Below are positions 23,700-35,670 of a DNA stretch of 64,000 nucleotides, piece after piece; positions within the stretch are counted from its first letter, which is position 1; every line of letters starts with the position of its first letter. The notes under the pieces are model-generated. The model saw nothing but the letters and a program-made list of their open reading frames with translations, did no database searches and was not told where the DNA came from. The translations under genes and the position numbers were made by a program. Origin of the DNA: Octopus sinensis (lineage: Eukaryota); NCBI RefSeq assembly GCF_006345805.1, contig NC_043006.1:69564001-69628000 (forward strand). Direction: 5' to 3'.

Positions 23700-24465
23700 C
23701 AGTGGATGTTATTATCTCAGACACATATTGCCAGATTAAAAGACGTGATGGTCATAGCTAGAGAGCAGCAGATCATGACCGCCATTAAGTCTGACTTAAA
23801 GTAGAACCATCAACAGATACCCAACTGCGCTGCCCCACTTACATCCCCCCTATCACATCTGGTCTCCCCCAGGAAAATATTCAATACTATAATTATGCAT
23901 TAATAAGGAGAGGCACAAAGTAAATATTGAATATGTGGGGAAAAAAAACCCTAACAAAATTAAGCAAAGAAGCACCATCTGGTTTAATACCGGTCTATAT
24001 ATACATGGACCTAGAAATCAATATATTTCTGATCCTGGTAATTGAACATGTTTCCATAACTCATAAATATAAGAAAATATTCGATAGGCATAATGTTTAA
24101 GTTAGCAACAGCTGCTTAAAGACACAAAATCATAAAGTCAGAGAGAAACAGAATAGCAGAGAAATATTCCCAAATATTAAAATGCAATTTCAGAAAATCA
24201 CGTTCCATCTACTGAAATATTCAATTTAAATAAATTCTTTATTTTGTTGCATGTTCTGAGATCCCTCCTCTTCCTCCTCATTTGTTCGACACACATCAAT
24301 ATCCAGATAAAATTTTTATGAACTGCAGTGAAAATGTTTGTACTCTTTTCGACATTTCGGTTCCATTTGACGAAAGCATTGCCTGAACTGAGCTGAAGAA
24401 TCTGTCCAAGTACAAGTTGTTACATTCATAAAACCCTCAACGACAGCTCACAACGTTACACCCTC
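23700..24465 (+). mobile_element. Decayed RLE-type LINE fragment
   Basis: Peptide remnants VMVIAREQQ, IFDRHN and YPDKIFMNCSENVCTLFDISVPFDESIA*TELKNLSKYKLL resemble the C-terminus of RLE LINEs (RPD..CxLIDxSxP...EKLSKYKDL). Confidence 0.5.
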
Positions 24466-25375
24466 CAAAAGGCAGTTCTCTTCAGCACAACGCACATCCT
24501 ATACAAGACACTTTCAATTCAATAGCACAACTCAAGAGGTACCCTCCTCTCTACACACAATATATTCCTCATGCAATTAACCCCCACCCCAATATGAATG
24601 CAAAACATAATGAGAGAAAAAACGACAAAAATCTATAACACAATAGAGCAGCGGTTACCAAACATTTTGCAGCATAGACTGGTTTCATGCGAGACAGTTT
24701 TCCCACGGACCAGGGAATCATTTTCACAACAAAACACAATAAAGTGCATATAATATAATTTAATTGTTACATATAAAATACACACACACACATATATATA
24801 TATGTATATTATATTAAATTAGAGACAAAATCACTATTAGGCAAATCAAACAATGAAAAACTTAAGCCAATACATATTATTAATTTATATTATCTCTTAT
24901 TATAAAAGGCAGATTTTATCTGCCTCCCTTTGGGAGTTATACAAATCTACAATATAGGATTTCTTCAATTACAATTTACCTAGCAATTTTAAGAGTACAA
25001 TGCATCGCGTCATGCCAGGTCCAGTTTTTAAAATTTAAACTCCAATTAAGCAAAATTTACAGAAAACTCACATTCTGGTGTGTGTGTCAAATGCTTTTCT
25101 TAGTCTGGTTTACACCACACGCAAACGCACACACACAGTGGGCAGCGAATAAAATGAAAGTAATTTACTTACTGTAGTGAGTGATTCTTTCACTCTGCCT
25201 CCCACTTCCTCTTTCAACACATAGACACGCAAATATATAAATAAAATTGTAAGCTAACGTGCGTGTGTGTGAGTGTGTGTGTGTGTGTGAGGGTGCGCGT
25301 GTGTGTGTGTGTGTGTGCGTGTGCGTGAGTGTGTGACAGGAAAGTTTTTTACGACGAATATAAGTAGCAGAAAGA

Positions 25376-25739
25376 TAAGACAGTAAGGTGTGATTTGAGG
25401 GAGATTTGGCTGCTATTTCTACCATGTCTAGCTGCCATGTAGGGGTCTCCCTCATAGGCTCATACATACATATATACATAGATAAGACAGTAAGGTGTGA
25501 TTTGGGGGAAATTTGGCTGCTATTTCTACCAGGTCTAGCTGCCATATAGGGGTCTCCCTCATAGGCTCATACATATATATACATAGATAAGACAGTAAGG
25601 TGTGAATTTGGGGAAATTTGGCTGCTATTTCTACCAGGTCTAGCTACCATGTAGAGGTCCCCCTCATTGGCTCATATATATATACATACATAAGACAGTA
25701 AGGTGTGATTTGAGGAGATTTGGCTGCTGTTTCTACCAG
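25376..25739 (+). repeat. Tandem repeat, 103-107 bp unit, 3 copies plus a partial, SINE-derived
   Basis: taagacagtaaggtgtga starts at 25376, 25483, 25588 and 25691. Confidence 0.9.
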
Positions 25740-25814
25740 TCTGTTAGGCCTTCTCATGTAAACTCAAGCTTTCTTATGCCTTGAACATAAGACCAAAGCA
25801 GAGAATGTATTCTT

Positions 25815-26045
25815 TTATTCTTCTGCTTTTTCCAGCCATTGGTCTGTGGCCATGCTGGGGCAATGCCTTGAAGAATTGTAGTTTAATGAATCAACTCCAG
25901 TTTTATTTTTGTAAGCATTGTACTTATTCTATCTGTTTCCTTTGTCAAACCACTAGGTGACAGGGATGTAAACAAACCAACATTCGTTGTCAAGCAGTGG
26001 TGGAGGACAATCACAAGCACAGACACACACACACACACACATACA
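25815..26045 (-). mobile_element. SINE family A, 3' half, diverged
   Basis: gccatgctggggcaatgcc, tacttattctatc, gttgtcaagcagtggtgg. Confidence 0.75.
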
Positions 26046-26079
26046 TGCATACATACATATATATGTGTGTATATATATA

Positions 26080-26338
26080 TTGCAGCGTGGAAGGTGTTTG
26101 TAAGCCATTTAAGAAACACACAAAAACCGTTACATTCACTTCAACATTTAAATTTCATTTGCCAAAATATTTTCGTCGCTTTGAGACCGCGACCTGTTCA
26201 CTGACAAAAATATCGTGCTAACAGGTCGCGGTCTCAAAGCGACGAAAATATTTTGACAAATTAAATTTAAATGTTGAAGTGAATCTAACGGTTTTTGTGT
26301 GTTTCTTAAATGGCTTATAAACACCTTCAACGCTGCAA
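26080..26338. mobile_element. Foldback MITE-like element with long near-perfect inverted arms
   Basis: ttgcagcgtggaaggtg...cgcgacctgtt, about 21-bp spacer, aacaggtcgcg...caccttcaacgctgcaa. Confidence 0.85.
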
Positions 26339-26506
26339 CTGTTTTCGTTCCAGCACACGATCTCAGATCAAGTCACTTGCTATGCAAGTACATCTCTGTA
26401 ACTATTTATACATTTATATATATATATATATATATGTGTATATTGGTAAAAACAGTAAGATAACAAAAGACAGAAAGAGACCTCAATATTATGTAAATAG
26501 AGGAAA

Positions 26507-26902
26507 TCTTTATATATAAAAGTGAGGTTGTGTGTCTGTCTCCTACGATTTAGATTCCTAACTACTCCCACATTTTGCGGTTGCAGTTTAACCAAAACCG
26601 GGTATCTTATAGTCGTGATTCATATCGAGACCGTCTGGGTATTAGCGCGCGTCTACGATGAGTCTACGATTTAAAAAAAAAATTACCATCAATTTTTCCC
26701 ATTTTTAATCCATTTTGGACATATATAAGGGAAGTAACTCTCTAAAATTTATTATTAAATCTCAGAACGTAAAAAGCTACAGTAACACCCCTCCCCCTTT
26801 GTGGTTAGCCATATTGAGATGGCTATTATACTTTACATCTCTAAAAATGCTTATATAATTATTTCCCTTACAAACCCGAGCAACGCCGGGCGATACTGCT
26901 AG
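26507..26902 (+). mobile_element. Non-autonomous Helitron, B-type (396 bp)
   Basis: A|TCTTTATATATAAAAG 5' end, 3' hairpin and CTAG|T. Homologous termini to 6617-7462. Confidence 0.9.
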
Positions 26903-27151
26903 TTTAAATATATAACAAAATTATTAAAAAATATAATTAATATCACACTATATATTTTTTAAATAATTTTGTTATATATTTAAATAATATAAATTAATAA
27001 TCATATGTATTGGCTTAACTTTTTCATTGTTTGATTTGCCTAATAGTGGTTTTGTCTCTAATTTAATATAATATAATATTTTACTATAAAATTGAGATTC
27101 AATCCTAAATCTGATTTTTTCCCTGTAAATTTGGATTTATTCCCTAATATT

Positions 27152-27195
<44 letters not shown>

Positions 27196-27901
27196 TATAT
27201 TATATATATATAATGCAAAAACAACCTGCAGTCTTTGATAGTCAATAAAATGGAAATAATTTTTTAAAATGTATACTTTCTTCGCAGCCTGCTACCAAAC
27301 AATTCACGGCCCGGCGGTTGGGATCACCACATCTTTTTATATACTTGTTACCCTATACTATCAAACACACCACATTTAACATAATATACACAGCTACCAC
27401 ACATTAATGGGTGCAGAACACACACACGCGCGCACACAACCTTATACTGCCCAGATTCAACGTTCTACACTAAAACTCATTACATTAATCACACAACACA
27501 TTCGGAACATTAACACACCAAAGCAAAACCTTTCAACTCAGTATGACACTCGGTCATAACACAGCTGACAAAAATCCTTAAAACAATACCAGGCACAACA
27601 AAACAAAACAGCTGACACAAAAGAAAAACCGCCTTTCTGAATTCTCAATGATGCACAGCAGACCTCAGCAGCATGGCGGGACACTTGATGAGGCAGCAGA
27701 AATTTATAAAAAAAAATATTTGAAAGCATTAACGATGATAATAATGATGATAGTTTTCCCTACCGGATTTGAGTTTCTTGTTGAAAGGTAACTTAAGATT
27801 CACATACCTGGAAAGAAGAGAGAAAAATATTCAGTCATTCGGTTAATACGAACATGAAAATTTACATATATCAGCATATATACAATATATTTTTATATAT
27901 A

Positions 27902-28078
27902 TTTTCGTCTGTCTTAATGTTCTGAGCTGAAATTCCCCCGAGGTCGACTTTGCTTTTCAACCTTTCGGGATCGATTAAATAAGTACCAATTAAGCACTGG
28001 GTCGATGTAATCGACTTAATCCTTTGTCTGTCCTTATTTGTCCCCTCTATGTTTAGCTCCCTGTAGGCAATAAGAAAT
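27902..28078 (+). mobile_element. SINE family B body
   Basis: gaggtcgactttgcttttcaacctttcgggatcgattaaataagtacc...ctgtaggcaataagaaata. Confidence 0.8.
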
Positions 28079-28094
28079 ATATTATAATATATAT

Positions 28095-28138
<44 letters not shown>

Positions 28139-28530
28139 TATTTATTTATATTTAGTACTATATTTATTTTAGGTAATTGTTTTATCGTATCTTTAATTTT
28201 TTCTATATGGTATGATTTAGTATATCATTGTTGAATGGCTTAATTGTGGTTCTTCTCTATTTATATACATACATTATTATTGTGAAATTTGACTTAGTAT
28301 CACTAATTTAATTTTTCCCTGTAAGTTTGGAATCATATTCCCTAATATTATTATCTCTCTCTATATACATATCTCTCTCTCTCTGTCTATACATATCTCT
28401 CTCTCTCTCTATATACATATCTCTCTCTCTATATACATATCGCTCTCTCTCTCTCATACATATCTCTCTCTCTCTATACATATCTCTCTATATATATATA
28501 TCTATATATTATATATACTATATATATATA

Positions 28531-28591
<61 letters not shown>

Positions 28592-29311
28592 GTGTGTGTG
28601 TGTGTGTGCGTGTAGTCATACAAACACCTTGCATTAAATATGTTGACTCCTACTGAATGATTGTATTTTTCATGTAGAGTTGGATTTAAAATCAGAATAA
28701 TGTACACCTTGCGTGTATATTATTGTATATTTAGTTTGTAATTTGCAATTCAGCAAACAAGTCAAAGCTATATTTTACTGAGAATGTCTATAAAGACCGA
28801 AACATGCTGGTAGTTTGTTTCCTGCACTTCAGAAAACATTCAAAACAATATTATTAGCTATTGACAAATATTGCTTTTACTATAGCACAATTTTATTTTC
28901 TATGCATTAAATATTTTAACACAAACAATTTATAGTAAAAATATGTTTCATAAAAATATTTATTACACTGCGCTGGAAACAAGCTACACATGTACGATTC
29001 CCTCCGAGCAATTGACCCTACATTTCCTGCAAGGCTCAATCAATTGTAGTGTACAATGTTACACAAACAAAATAGAAGTTGATAGGAAAACATTACGAGA
29101 TAACATCCATATACACCACGGAATTCCCCACAATAGATAATTGCTAATGGATGCCGTGTTTGTAACAGAACATGATAGAAAAATAAACACGGATAACATA
29201 CAGTAACCACAAATAAAACATTTGTCTGATAACGTATAAGTCTAAAAGTTTAAAACTTCAATTTCCGGCTGTTACAACTAACCAATCACATTTCTCCTGT
29301 CTATTGTAAAG

Positions 29312-29394
29312 AGGCTGCAAAACAGCTAATAACACTGGAAAAGCAAAGATCAAGAGCATTGATGATGGACTTGGGATATTTACTTAGCAAATAA
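29312..29394 (+). CDS. Candidate terminal coding exon (E)AAKQLITLEKQRSRALMMDLGYLLSK*
   Basis: Pyrimidine tract plus AAG acceptor, then a non-repetitive helix-like peptide ending in a stop. No homolog recognised. Confidence 0.25.
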
Positions 29395-29739
29395 TCAGCA
29401 AGGCTCTCTTAGAAAAAGAAAAGAAAACGTAATTGATAAAAAGTGAAAGCACCCTTATATATGTGTACATAAGCGTGTGAGCGTGCGCGCTCGTGCGTGT
29501 CTACAATTTGCAAGCATCTACAAGTAAAATGAGGACCCAACGTTGCCTTATAGAGTTCATATAATGTTTGCTGTTAGCAGAGTGTTCTGGTATCAGCATC
29601 TCATGGTATATTAAGTAATGTGGGAAAACTTATGCATAATCAGATTATGCCTTTATCAATTAGATTATCAAATGTCCTTATACATCGCTGGTCCCGATGT
29701 GCTTCTATTCTTCCTTTGATTATGCCCTTTTTTCCGTTT

Positions 29740-30230
29740 GGGCCCAAAATGGCTGACTATGTCGTTTTCCTGTCGTCTTGAAGGTCTTCCGAGTGGTTAC
29801 TTTCGATCTCTTGGATACCGCTCGACAACTGTTCTTTTAATCGTGGCAAATGTCTTCCGTTTTTCTCTTACGCTGTACAAGATTTCAGCGTTCAAATCTC
29901 AGCATATATTTACAGTCTCTTCTAAATAGGCGAACACATTTACTTCCTCGGTAAGCCATTTATAATTCAATATTAAAATTTATAATCATAATTTTTGTTT
30001 CTATATTTAAAAATTGCAAATGATAATTGTTATTGGTTGCTGAGAGAATGGGTGGCGTGTGAAATCTGTGTGCGTGCATATATATATAAATGGCCTTTTG
30101 ATAATTTTCGCACAAGAATAAATATATTCATGTGGTATTTTTATTGGAAAAGTTTGAAGATTTTATATATGTGGGGTTGTTTTTTTAAATATACAGGTGA
30201 TACATTTAAATGGAGATTACTCTAACGTTA
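29740..30230 (-). mobile_element. Decayed Penelope-like element 3' end (GIY-YIG region plus hammerhead relic)
   Basis: Minus-strand remnants HEYIYSCAKIIKRPFIYMHAHRF and HSL..QLSFAIFKYRNKN resemble PLE GIY-YIG text, followed by a degenerate CGGAAGA-cct..agg-AAAA-cg motif. Confidence 0.35.
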
Positions 30231-30314
30231 TTATATTTTTATAATGTCATTCACGACAACTTGTGCAATTTAAACGGTGAGTGTGGGCAGATAGAAAGTA
30301 ATTCATTTCGATAA

Positions 30315-30548
30315 GGCGGCGAGCTGGCAGAAACGCTAGCACACCGGGCGAAATGCTTAGCGGCATTTCGTCTGCCGTTACGTTCTGAGTTCAAATTCCG
30401 CCGAGGTCGACTTTGCCTTTCATCCTTTCGGGGTCGATAAATTAAGTACCAGTTACGCACTAGGGTCGATGTGATCGACTTAATCCGTTTGTGTGTCCTT
30501 GTTTGCCCCCTTTATGTTTCGTCCCTTGTGGACAATAATGAAATAAGA
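30315..30548 (+). mobile_element. SINE family B, full length
   Basis: ggcggcgagctggcagaaacgctagc head, B-box gagttcaaattcc, conserved gaggtcgactttgcctttcatcctttcggggtcgata domain. Confidence 0.9.
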
Positions 30549-31244
30549 AAGTAATTCACTTCGATAGTTCGAGATTTAAATGTGATTGGCATATCGCATG
30601 TTTTTTCAAGAATACATCAGGATTAAGAGGGATTGACATAATCTAATAATTTTCTAAAAGATGAAATATTATGATTCATAAATACAGTGTATTAGTCATG
30701 GTAATGAAGAATCGTCTTTGTACACTCCCTAAAGTATAATTATGTTGGTGTTACCTAAGTTTAAATGGGCTTGCCGTTAATAAGGTGTGAACTGTGTTCG
30801 GATTAACATCAAATTCTGACAGTCACTGAGAAAATAGGAATTTTTCAAGAGACTTGCCATTATCCGAACATAAAGCTTTTCAATTAGTAGTGACACTTTG
30901 AAGTGTTGTTGACTGTTATAAAAATTGATGTTAATTAATTACTTTTTGATAATAGATTGCAGTGTATAAGAGAAACTTGATAACATTTAAGATTTATATT
31001 TAAGTGAATAGTTTTTGATTATTTATATCCAACAAGGACATGTAATCTTTCAAGTCGAAAGATCGCATTTCTATTTTTACGATTTTAGTATCAGGCTGTG
31101 CAGTGTTAGAACATTCAACCATTTCTATGAAAGTTATGCATTCTAAATTAGCGTTATCGGCAGAGACGGTCTAAACTACAGCAAACACAGAGTTCAACAC
31201 TCAGGTGTGACAACTTTTCCCATCTTATTTCTCGCTTTCCCCGC

Positions 31245-31278
<34 letters not shown>

Positions 31279-31688
31279 TTATCAGGAATCAAGGATGAGA
31301 CATAAATTAGAGTTCCGAAGTTTTAGCTCTAAGTTATATGATTACACTTATATTAATAGTTATCACCAAGCTAACATGGCAGTCCAGAAAAATAGGACGA
31401 ATACTGCCGTTGATTAGCTCCACGAGGCCATCGCATCTAGCTAGCTATGTTACGCACGAACCTGTGTCCATTATAACTTTCGAACGGGGGAGGTCAGCCG
31501 TTTCCCCTTGCTGGTCTGGCATCTACAGACTAGTTTCAGAGTATTTGCCCTTTATCAATGTAGAGCAGCCGAACCGAGCAAGTGTAGCATCCGCCATTAA
31601 GGGTTAGCCACATTTAAGTGGCAAATATACTTTACGATACATTTATATTGTTCTATATCATTTTTGTCGTTTTAAATGTAAACAAATT

Positions 31689-31849
31689 GGCGCAGACATG
31701 ACAGTGTGAAAAGAAGTTTGCTCCTCAACATCATGGTCCCGAGTTCAGTCCCACTGCGTGGCACCTTGGGCAAGTGTCTTCTACAAAAAGCCGAGGCCAA
31801 CCAAAGACTTTTGAGTGGATTTAGTAGATGGAAACTGAAAGAATCCCAT

Positions 31850-31886
<37 letters not shown>

Positions 31887-32075
31887 ACTTTCTCCACTTC
31901 ACAACTAGAGTTGGAGTATTTACGTCACTGCAAATCAGTGGCCCCACACAAGAGGTTGATAGAATAAGTATCAGGATAAAAAAGAAAGAAAATAAGCTGT
32001 TCGACTAATATTCTTCAAGACGATGCCCCAGCATGGCCACAGTCTAATGACTGACACAAATAGAAGATAAAAGAA
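31689..32075 (+). mobile_element. SINE family A, full length
   Basis: gagttcagtcccactgcgtggcaccttgggcaagtgtcttc, tail ccagcatggccacagtctaatgactg. Confidence 0.85.
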
Positions 32076-32564
32076 ATACTAATCCTTGGTTAATTAACAG
32101 CAGACTGAAGTAAGTGTTCCCCCACCCTCGTATTATATTTTGAAAGGTGAAAGAAAAGTAAATGTTTGTGCACATTCGGGAGCGAGAGAGTACGTTGATG
32201 TGTGTGTGTGTGTGTGTGTACCTGTAAGAGTGACAGGGAGTGTGTTAGGATGTATGCGTAAGCGTTTATATTTTACAACTCATCTGATTCTAACAACAGA
32301 ACCATTATCTTTCTGAGCAATTTGCGCCAAATGATGCATCAATGCAGGTGAAATCACACACACACACACACACACACAAGCGTCCTCTCTCACAGACATA
32401 TATATATATATATATATAATATATATATATATAAATGTGTGTTGGTATATATATATAATTATATATATTATATTAGAATACATATATATATATGTATATT
32501 ATATTGAAATATATATATATAGATGTATATTATATTGAAATATATATATATATGTATATTATAT

Positions 32565-32595
<31 letters not shown>

Positions 32596-32606
32596 TATAT
32601 TGAAAT

Positions 32607-32660
<54 letters not shown>

Positions 32661-32689
32661 CATACACGTGTGGTGTGTGTGGTGTATTT

Positions 32690-32877
32690 TATTCTTCATT
32701 TTTATTTTTGTTTCAGTCATTAGTCGAACAGATCGAGCCCACGAAATATTCTTTGTAAGCCTAGTACTTATACTATCATTCTCTTTTGCCGAACCGCCAC
32801 GTAGCGGGGACGTAAACACACCAACATCAGTTGTCAAGCTATGGTGGTGGGAAAAACACAGACAGACACACACACAT

Positions 32878-32931
<54 letters not shown>

Positions 32932-32985
32932 CCCTTTACTAGTTTCAGTCATTGGTCTGTGGTCATGCTGGAGCACCACTTTTAT
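32690..32985 (-). mobile_element. SINE family A, 3' fragments
   Basis: gtaagcctagtacttat, gccgaaccgc, gttgtcaagc, tcatgctggagcaccac. Confidence 0.75.
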
Positions 32986-33257
32986 ATATATAAAATTCGC
33001 TCGTTTTTACTCTTATTCATTCTCTTCGCACACTCACTTTTACTCCCATATTTCTTTTTCCTTCACACATCTATCATTTCTTTCACACATTATGCATTTG
33101 TCCCTCAATCTTCATCTATCTATCTATCTATCTATCTATCAATCTACCATACCTATTCTAATACTGGCTGTGTAAAAAGAGTAGTCGTAGGTTCAATGTC
33201 TACAGAAATCACTTTAGGTTTAAATAGCAAGATTTTTGTCGCCTATGGATAATAATC

Positions 33258-33450
33258 TCCCACCACCACTACCACCAACACCAAGTCTTACCCTCTGATG
33301 TACGACCAGCTTCCATCTAGACTCCATCTAGCATATTCACTCACAAGAAATCGGTCGGTCCGAAACCTATCGTAGAAGACACTTGCCGAAGGGTGCCACG
33401 CATTGGAACTGAACCAAAAGCCACGTGGTTGTAAAGCGAACTTCTTAACC
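33258..33450 (-). mobile_element. SINE family A, 5' half, diverged
   Basis: gtagaagacacttgcc, gtgccacgcattggaactgaacc. Confidence 0.75.
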
Positions 33451-33929
33451 TCATGGCCACGTCTGTGCCTATATACTGCACACGTTTTATTTCGATTTAC
33501 GCTTCACCAAGAAATTACAACAATGAAGAAGCGAAAATGTTCTACTAATGTCTAGAAAAAAAAACAATTGGCGAAAAAAATAAGAGTAAAGTAATTATGA
33601 TTGAAGTTGAGAACGAAACTATTACCATAAATCCTCGAGTATAATCCGCATTTTCCCCCCAAAATTTAAAGGTCAAAATCACTGGTGCGTACTATATACG
33701 AGGTTAAAAATGAAAAATATTTCCTAAGCAATGTCCGAGTCTATATTTGCTGTCTGACAATGTTTATTCAGACGCATTTTGTGATGTCGGGCGCGAAAAT
33801 ACCTTAAATCCTCCATAACTTGCAGTTAGCAACATTTATTAAACGTTATTACTGTTATTTCAAACAAAATGCACAAAAAAGCTACACAGGACGTTACCGT
33901 ATACATTTTTACAAACCAAGAACGTTATA

Positions 33930-34472
33930 CAGGGTCAGGCAAAATGATCTGACACATTTGTAGGTTAAATAAAAGGCGTTGTTTTTCGTTTCTTTTTCAG
34001 TTGCTGCCATGAATTGGACTGGTGAGCATCGCGCTTTCATTGTGGAAACGTTTATCAAAACAAACGATTCTGTAACTGCAACACAAAGAGCGTTCCGTTT
34101 GCACTTCAATCTTGGTAGACATGATCCCGTACCAGCTCGAAACACGATCTTGTTATGGGTTACCAACTTCAGAGCTACTGGATCTGCATTGAAACGAAAA
34201 TCAACCGGCCGACCAACTTAAAGATACAATTCGTCAAGAAATTACTGCCATTCCACATGAAATGACCCGCCGAGTTATTGACAACTTTCGTGAACGCCTT
34301 CGACAGTGTGTGGACAATAATGGATCCCATTTGACTGATTTAATTTTTAAAACATAATGAAACAATACGGCATTATATGTACTTTTCAAAAATAAAAACA
34401 CTTTTTTGTTTCTTTACTTCATTTGCCTTTTATGTAACCTACAAATGTGTCAGATCATTTTGCCTGACCCTG
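33930..34472 (+). mobile_element. Internally deleted Tc1/mariner-superfamily transposon (543 bp)
   Basis: Perfect 38-bp TIRs cagggtcaggcaaaatgatctgacacatttgtaggtta with TA duplication. Carries transposase N- and C-terminal remnants. Confidence 0.92.
34009..34357 (+). pseudogene. Transposase remnants: N-terminal HTH (DUF4817-like) fused out of frame to C-terminus
   Basis: MNWTGEHRAFIVETFIKTNDSVTATQRAFRLHF...WVTNFRATGSALKRKSTGRP, then LKDTIRQEITAIPHEMTRRVIDNFRERLRQCVDNNGSHLTDLIFKT* in another frame. The catalytic DDD/E region is absent. Confidence 0.85.
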
Positions 34473-34827
34473 TATAAACCTCCTTGACTCAAGTTAGAGA
34501 AGGGGTGCGTATTATACACAATGTTTAGGTTTTTCAGAGGTACAGTCCACCTAAAATCCCTTGCGTATTATACTCAAGGGCGGACTATACTCGAGGATTT
34601 ACGGTATATGGGATGGTCATTTGGAAAGGAAGAGTTGGTATATATAGGTTGGATATAACTAACAACTGATGGTTAAGATTATTAGAGATTGTACAGTAAC
34701 ACACAATAATAATAGCTAACCCCATACATCAGCAAAAATCCCTCTGAACAATAGCATGGCATTGCGCAGACATAATAGGCAGATCAAATACGTTTTCGTC
34801 CCCAAATTAATATAAATGTAGGTAATG

Positions 34828-35052
34828 TTGGCGAACTGGAAGAATCGTTAGCACGCTGGACGAAGTGCTTAGCGGTGTTTCGTCTGCGGTTAAGTTCTGT
34901 GTTCAAATTCCGCCGAGGTCAACTTTGCCTTTCATTCTTTCGGGGTCGATTAAATAAGCACCAGCTGCGCACTGGGATCCATGTAGTTGACTTAATCCCT
35001 TTGTCTATCTTAGTTTATCCCCTCTATATTTAGCCCCTTGTAGGCAATAAAT
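34828..35052 (+). mobile_element. SINE family B, full length, diverged
   Basis: ggcgaactggaagaatcgttagcacgc...gaggtcaactttgcctttcattctttcggggtcg. Confidence 0.85.
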
Positions 35053-35670
35053 AAATATATATAAATGCAGGTAAAAATCGACAATTTTAAAGCGAACACA
35101 CGCACAAACAGAAGCAGCAATCAGAAGTATTTAATAACGATAAATACGTAACTCAAATCGATGAAAAGCTAAATGCGTTCTGCCAAAGCTTATTTATCAT
35201 ACCCCCCTCCACCATATATATATATATATATATACGTACACACAGTCAATAGACAAAGAGGAAGTTTGACAGACAGACAGATGGAAAACAGATAGACAGA
35301 GTAGCATTTTAGAAAATAACGCAGACACATTCAGAAAAGCAAAAACAAACAATTCTGATCTCAGATAAACAGCTGTGATGGTGTGGAGTGCACCATGATA
35401 AATACATCAATCATAAGAGAAAATATTTATCAAAATACATTGAAAACGAAATGATGAATGATCGAATAAATTAACGGTAGACAGCAACAATATCATCTCA
35501 ATCTGTATAATTGTTTGTGGCTAATGTCCACAGTTTTAGGCGACACAATTCCAGCGGCCACAGGTGTCGGTACTACTATTTGTTGATCAATCAGACATGA
35601 CAAGACTGCGGCCATTATAGTTACAGGGGTTTGGCGAATATATATATATATATATATATATATACATTAA

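Larger units (their letters stand above)
24893..26902 (+). mobile_element. Composite Helitron 2 (A-type 5' end, cargo, complete B-type non-autonomous Helitron)
   Basis: A|TC start, hairpin cccgagcaacgccggg plus CTAG|T end, no TSD. The empty site can be reconstructed from the mirror arm. Confidence 0.85.
24808..27160. repeat. AT-rich foldback repeat split by Helitron 2 (left arm 24808-24892 plus 26903-26935, right arm about 26950-27075)
   Basis: Rejoining 24892 to 26903 gives ttattaatttatatta|tttaaatatataacaaaattatt, the exact reverse complement of the right arm. Related sequence lies at about 28135-28350. Confidence 0.8.
24649..27330 (+). mobile_element. hAT (Charlie/MER1-like) non-autonomous element ends enclosing nested insertions
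   Basis: Left end cagcggttaccaaacattttgcagcatagactggtttcatgcgagacagttttcccacggacc and right end cacggcccggcggttgggatcacc resemble recalled MER1-type termini. No clear TSD. Confidence 0.4.
33625..34604. mobile_element. Tc2/pogo-like MITE hosting a nested Tc1/mariner derivative
   Basis: TIRs cc(a/g)taaatcctcgagtata(a/g)tccgc and gcggactatactcgaggatttacgg, with TA on both sides (33623-24, 34605-06). Confidence 0.85.

Noticed and set aside
25376-25739. Regular repeats resembling a CRISPR array (also 6104-6616, 35719-36130)
   Set aside because: Whole units repeat with no unique spacers, no cas genes, and the context is eukaryotic.
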